Origin: Botryllus schlosseri
Lineage: Eukaryota
Assembly (NCBI GenBank): GCA_051294905.1
Contig: CM119377.1
Span: forward strand, 7,750,001-7,814,000
Direction: 5' to 3'
Length of the DNA: 64,000 nucleotides
This document shows, one piece after another, positions 63,019 to 64,000 of this stretch. Numbering within the stretch: the first letter of the stretch is position 1; every line of letters begins with the position of its first letter. A program made the translations under genes and the position numbers. Under the pieces are notes generated by a model that was not told the origin of the DNA, ran no database searches, and saw only the letters and a program-made list of their open reading frames with translations.

Positions 63019-64000
63019 CCTGCGTTTATTGTTTTCTCACCATGCCCTTATTTATTACTGTCTTCATGTTCATGTTCGCAACGGTATTACAAAGTCTGTT
63101 TCAATTATGATGTTTTGATTCCACTTGGTTTTCGGGTCATATTTTCTGTCGGAGTAAGGATGCTAGTCTAAAAACCACGATCGGTTCTAACATTTGTTTG
63201 ATCAGCTCACGATATACAATTCACAATGCGATGTAGCAGTTCTGGTATTACCACGTAGAGAGCTCTTCGCGTGAACTTTGGTCGGCACACGGCAGGGAAC
63301 TGTGAGCTTATGTTATTGTTCAACGTTTGGCCTCAATTAAATATCAGTAGCCAGCTGAAAAAGTGAGGGTGGTTGACATGGAAGTGGGGTTTGCATTGTT
63401 TTAAATTTACCGTTATAGCAATAATTCATTAGCGTCAAGTACATCGCACGTGCGTAAACGGCGATTATACAAGCTTTCCGTGTTATCAATAATCGTCAGA
63501 TTGTGTACAATGCGATGTAATGAACAGATAGGCTGCCAAACGACCAGTTGTGGTCTGTGAAACTGGCGGCCACCTCGACCGATGTCTCAGTTCATTTTAG
63601 ATCTCTACGCGGCACTTCCTTGCACTTTCCATTCCTTGTGAGTGCGTTCTTTCATCAGGTCTTTTTTGTCACCGTAAGAACGGCGACGCGGGAAGAGGAG
63701 CCCAAATAAACCTCCAACGCGGAATCGAACCCGCTTATCGTCACCTCAACGCTAGCTTTTGCGTAGGACAGTGTCGAGCGTTGAGGTTCGTAGCTGGTAA
63801 AAGGCACTGACCCACGTCACCCACCTCATACACACATACCAAAATACGCAAGTACCTGATGAAGATACGCAGAGATGTGAATAACAACAGCAGCAAGAGA
63901 AAGCGAGTAGGAGAGACCATTTTCTCCGCACCCTGTTGGCCCTTGCAATTCACCGATACATATTTCATTTTTTTCGTTAGTGAAATATGCAGTTATTTGT

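Noticed and set aside
63712-63790. tRNA gene
   Set aside because: Only a B-box-like motif is present; the T-stem register fails and there is no D arm or anticodon arm.

Overview
Eukaryotic (animal, invertebrate-type) genomic DNA; the species cannot be named from the sequence. Six protein-coding genes were built by hand from splice sites and reading frame. They are: an intronless proteasome beta-3 (PSMB3, +); a 7-exon divergent ionotropic glutamate receptor (-) with a glycine/D-serine-type binding signature and an odd pore tip (W-Q-T); a 2-exon INF2 formin (-); a 22-exon PAXIP1/PTIP (+) with a long Q-rich middle and one U12-type intron; a 7-coding-exon RING1/RNF2 (-) whose stop codon is 65 bp from the PAXIP1 stop; and a 15-exon mitofusin (+) head-to-head with RING1. 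Introns and intergenic DNA hold many non-autonomous DNA transposons. At least six hAT-type families have 8-bp target-site duplications, including an 11-copy GACTCGAGTC family (one copy keeps a decayed transposase C-terminus) and two ~660-bp foldbacks. There is also a PIF/Harbinger-derived element nested in one foldback, a TA-flanked MITE and LINE fragments. No rRNA, convincing tRNA or CRISPR array was found. All homology calls come from recalled family motifs, not database searches.
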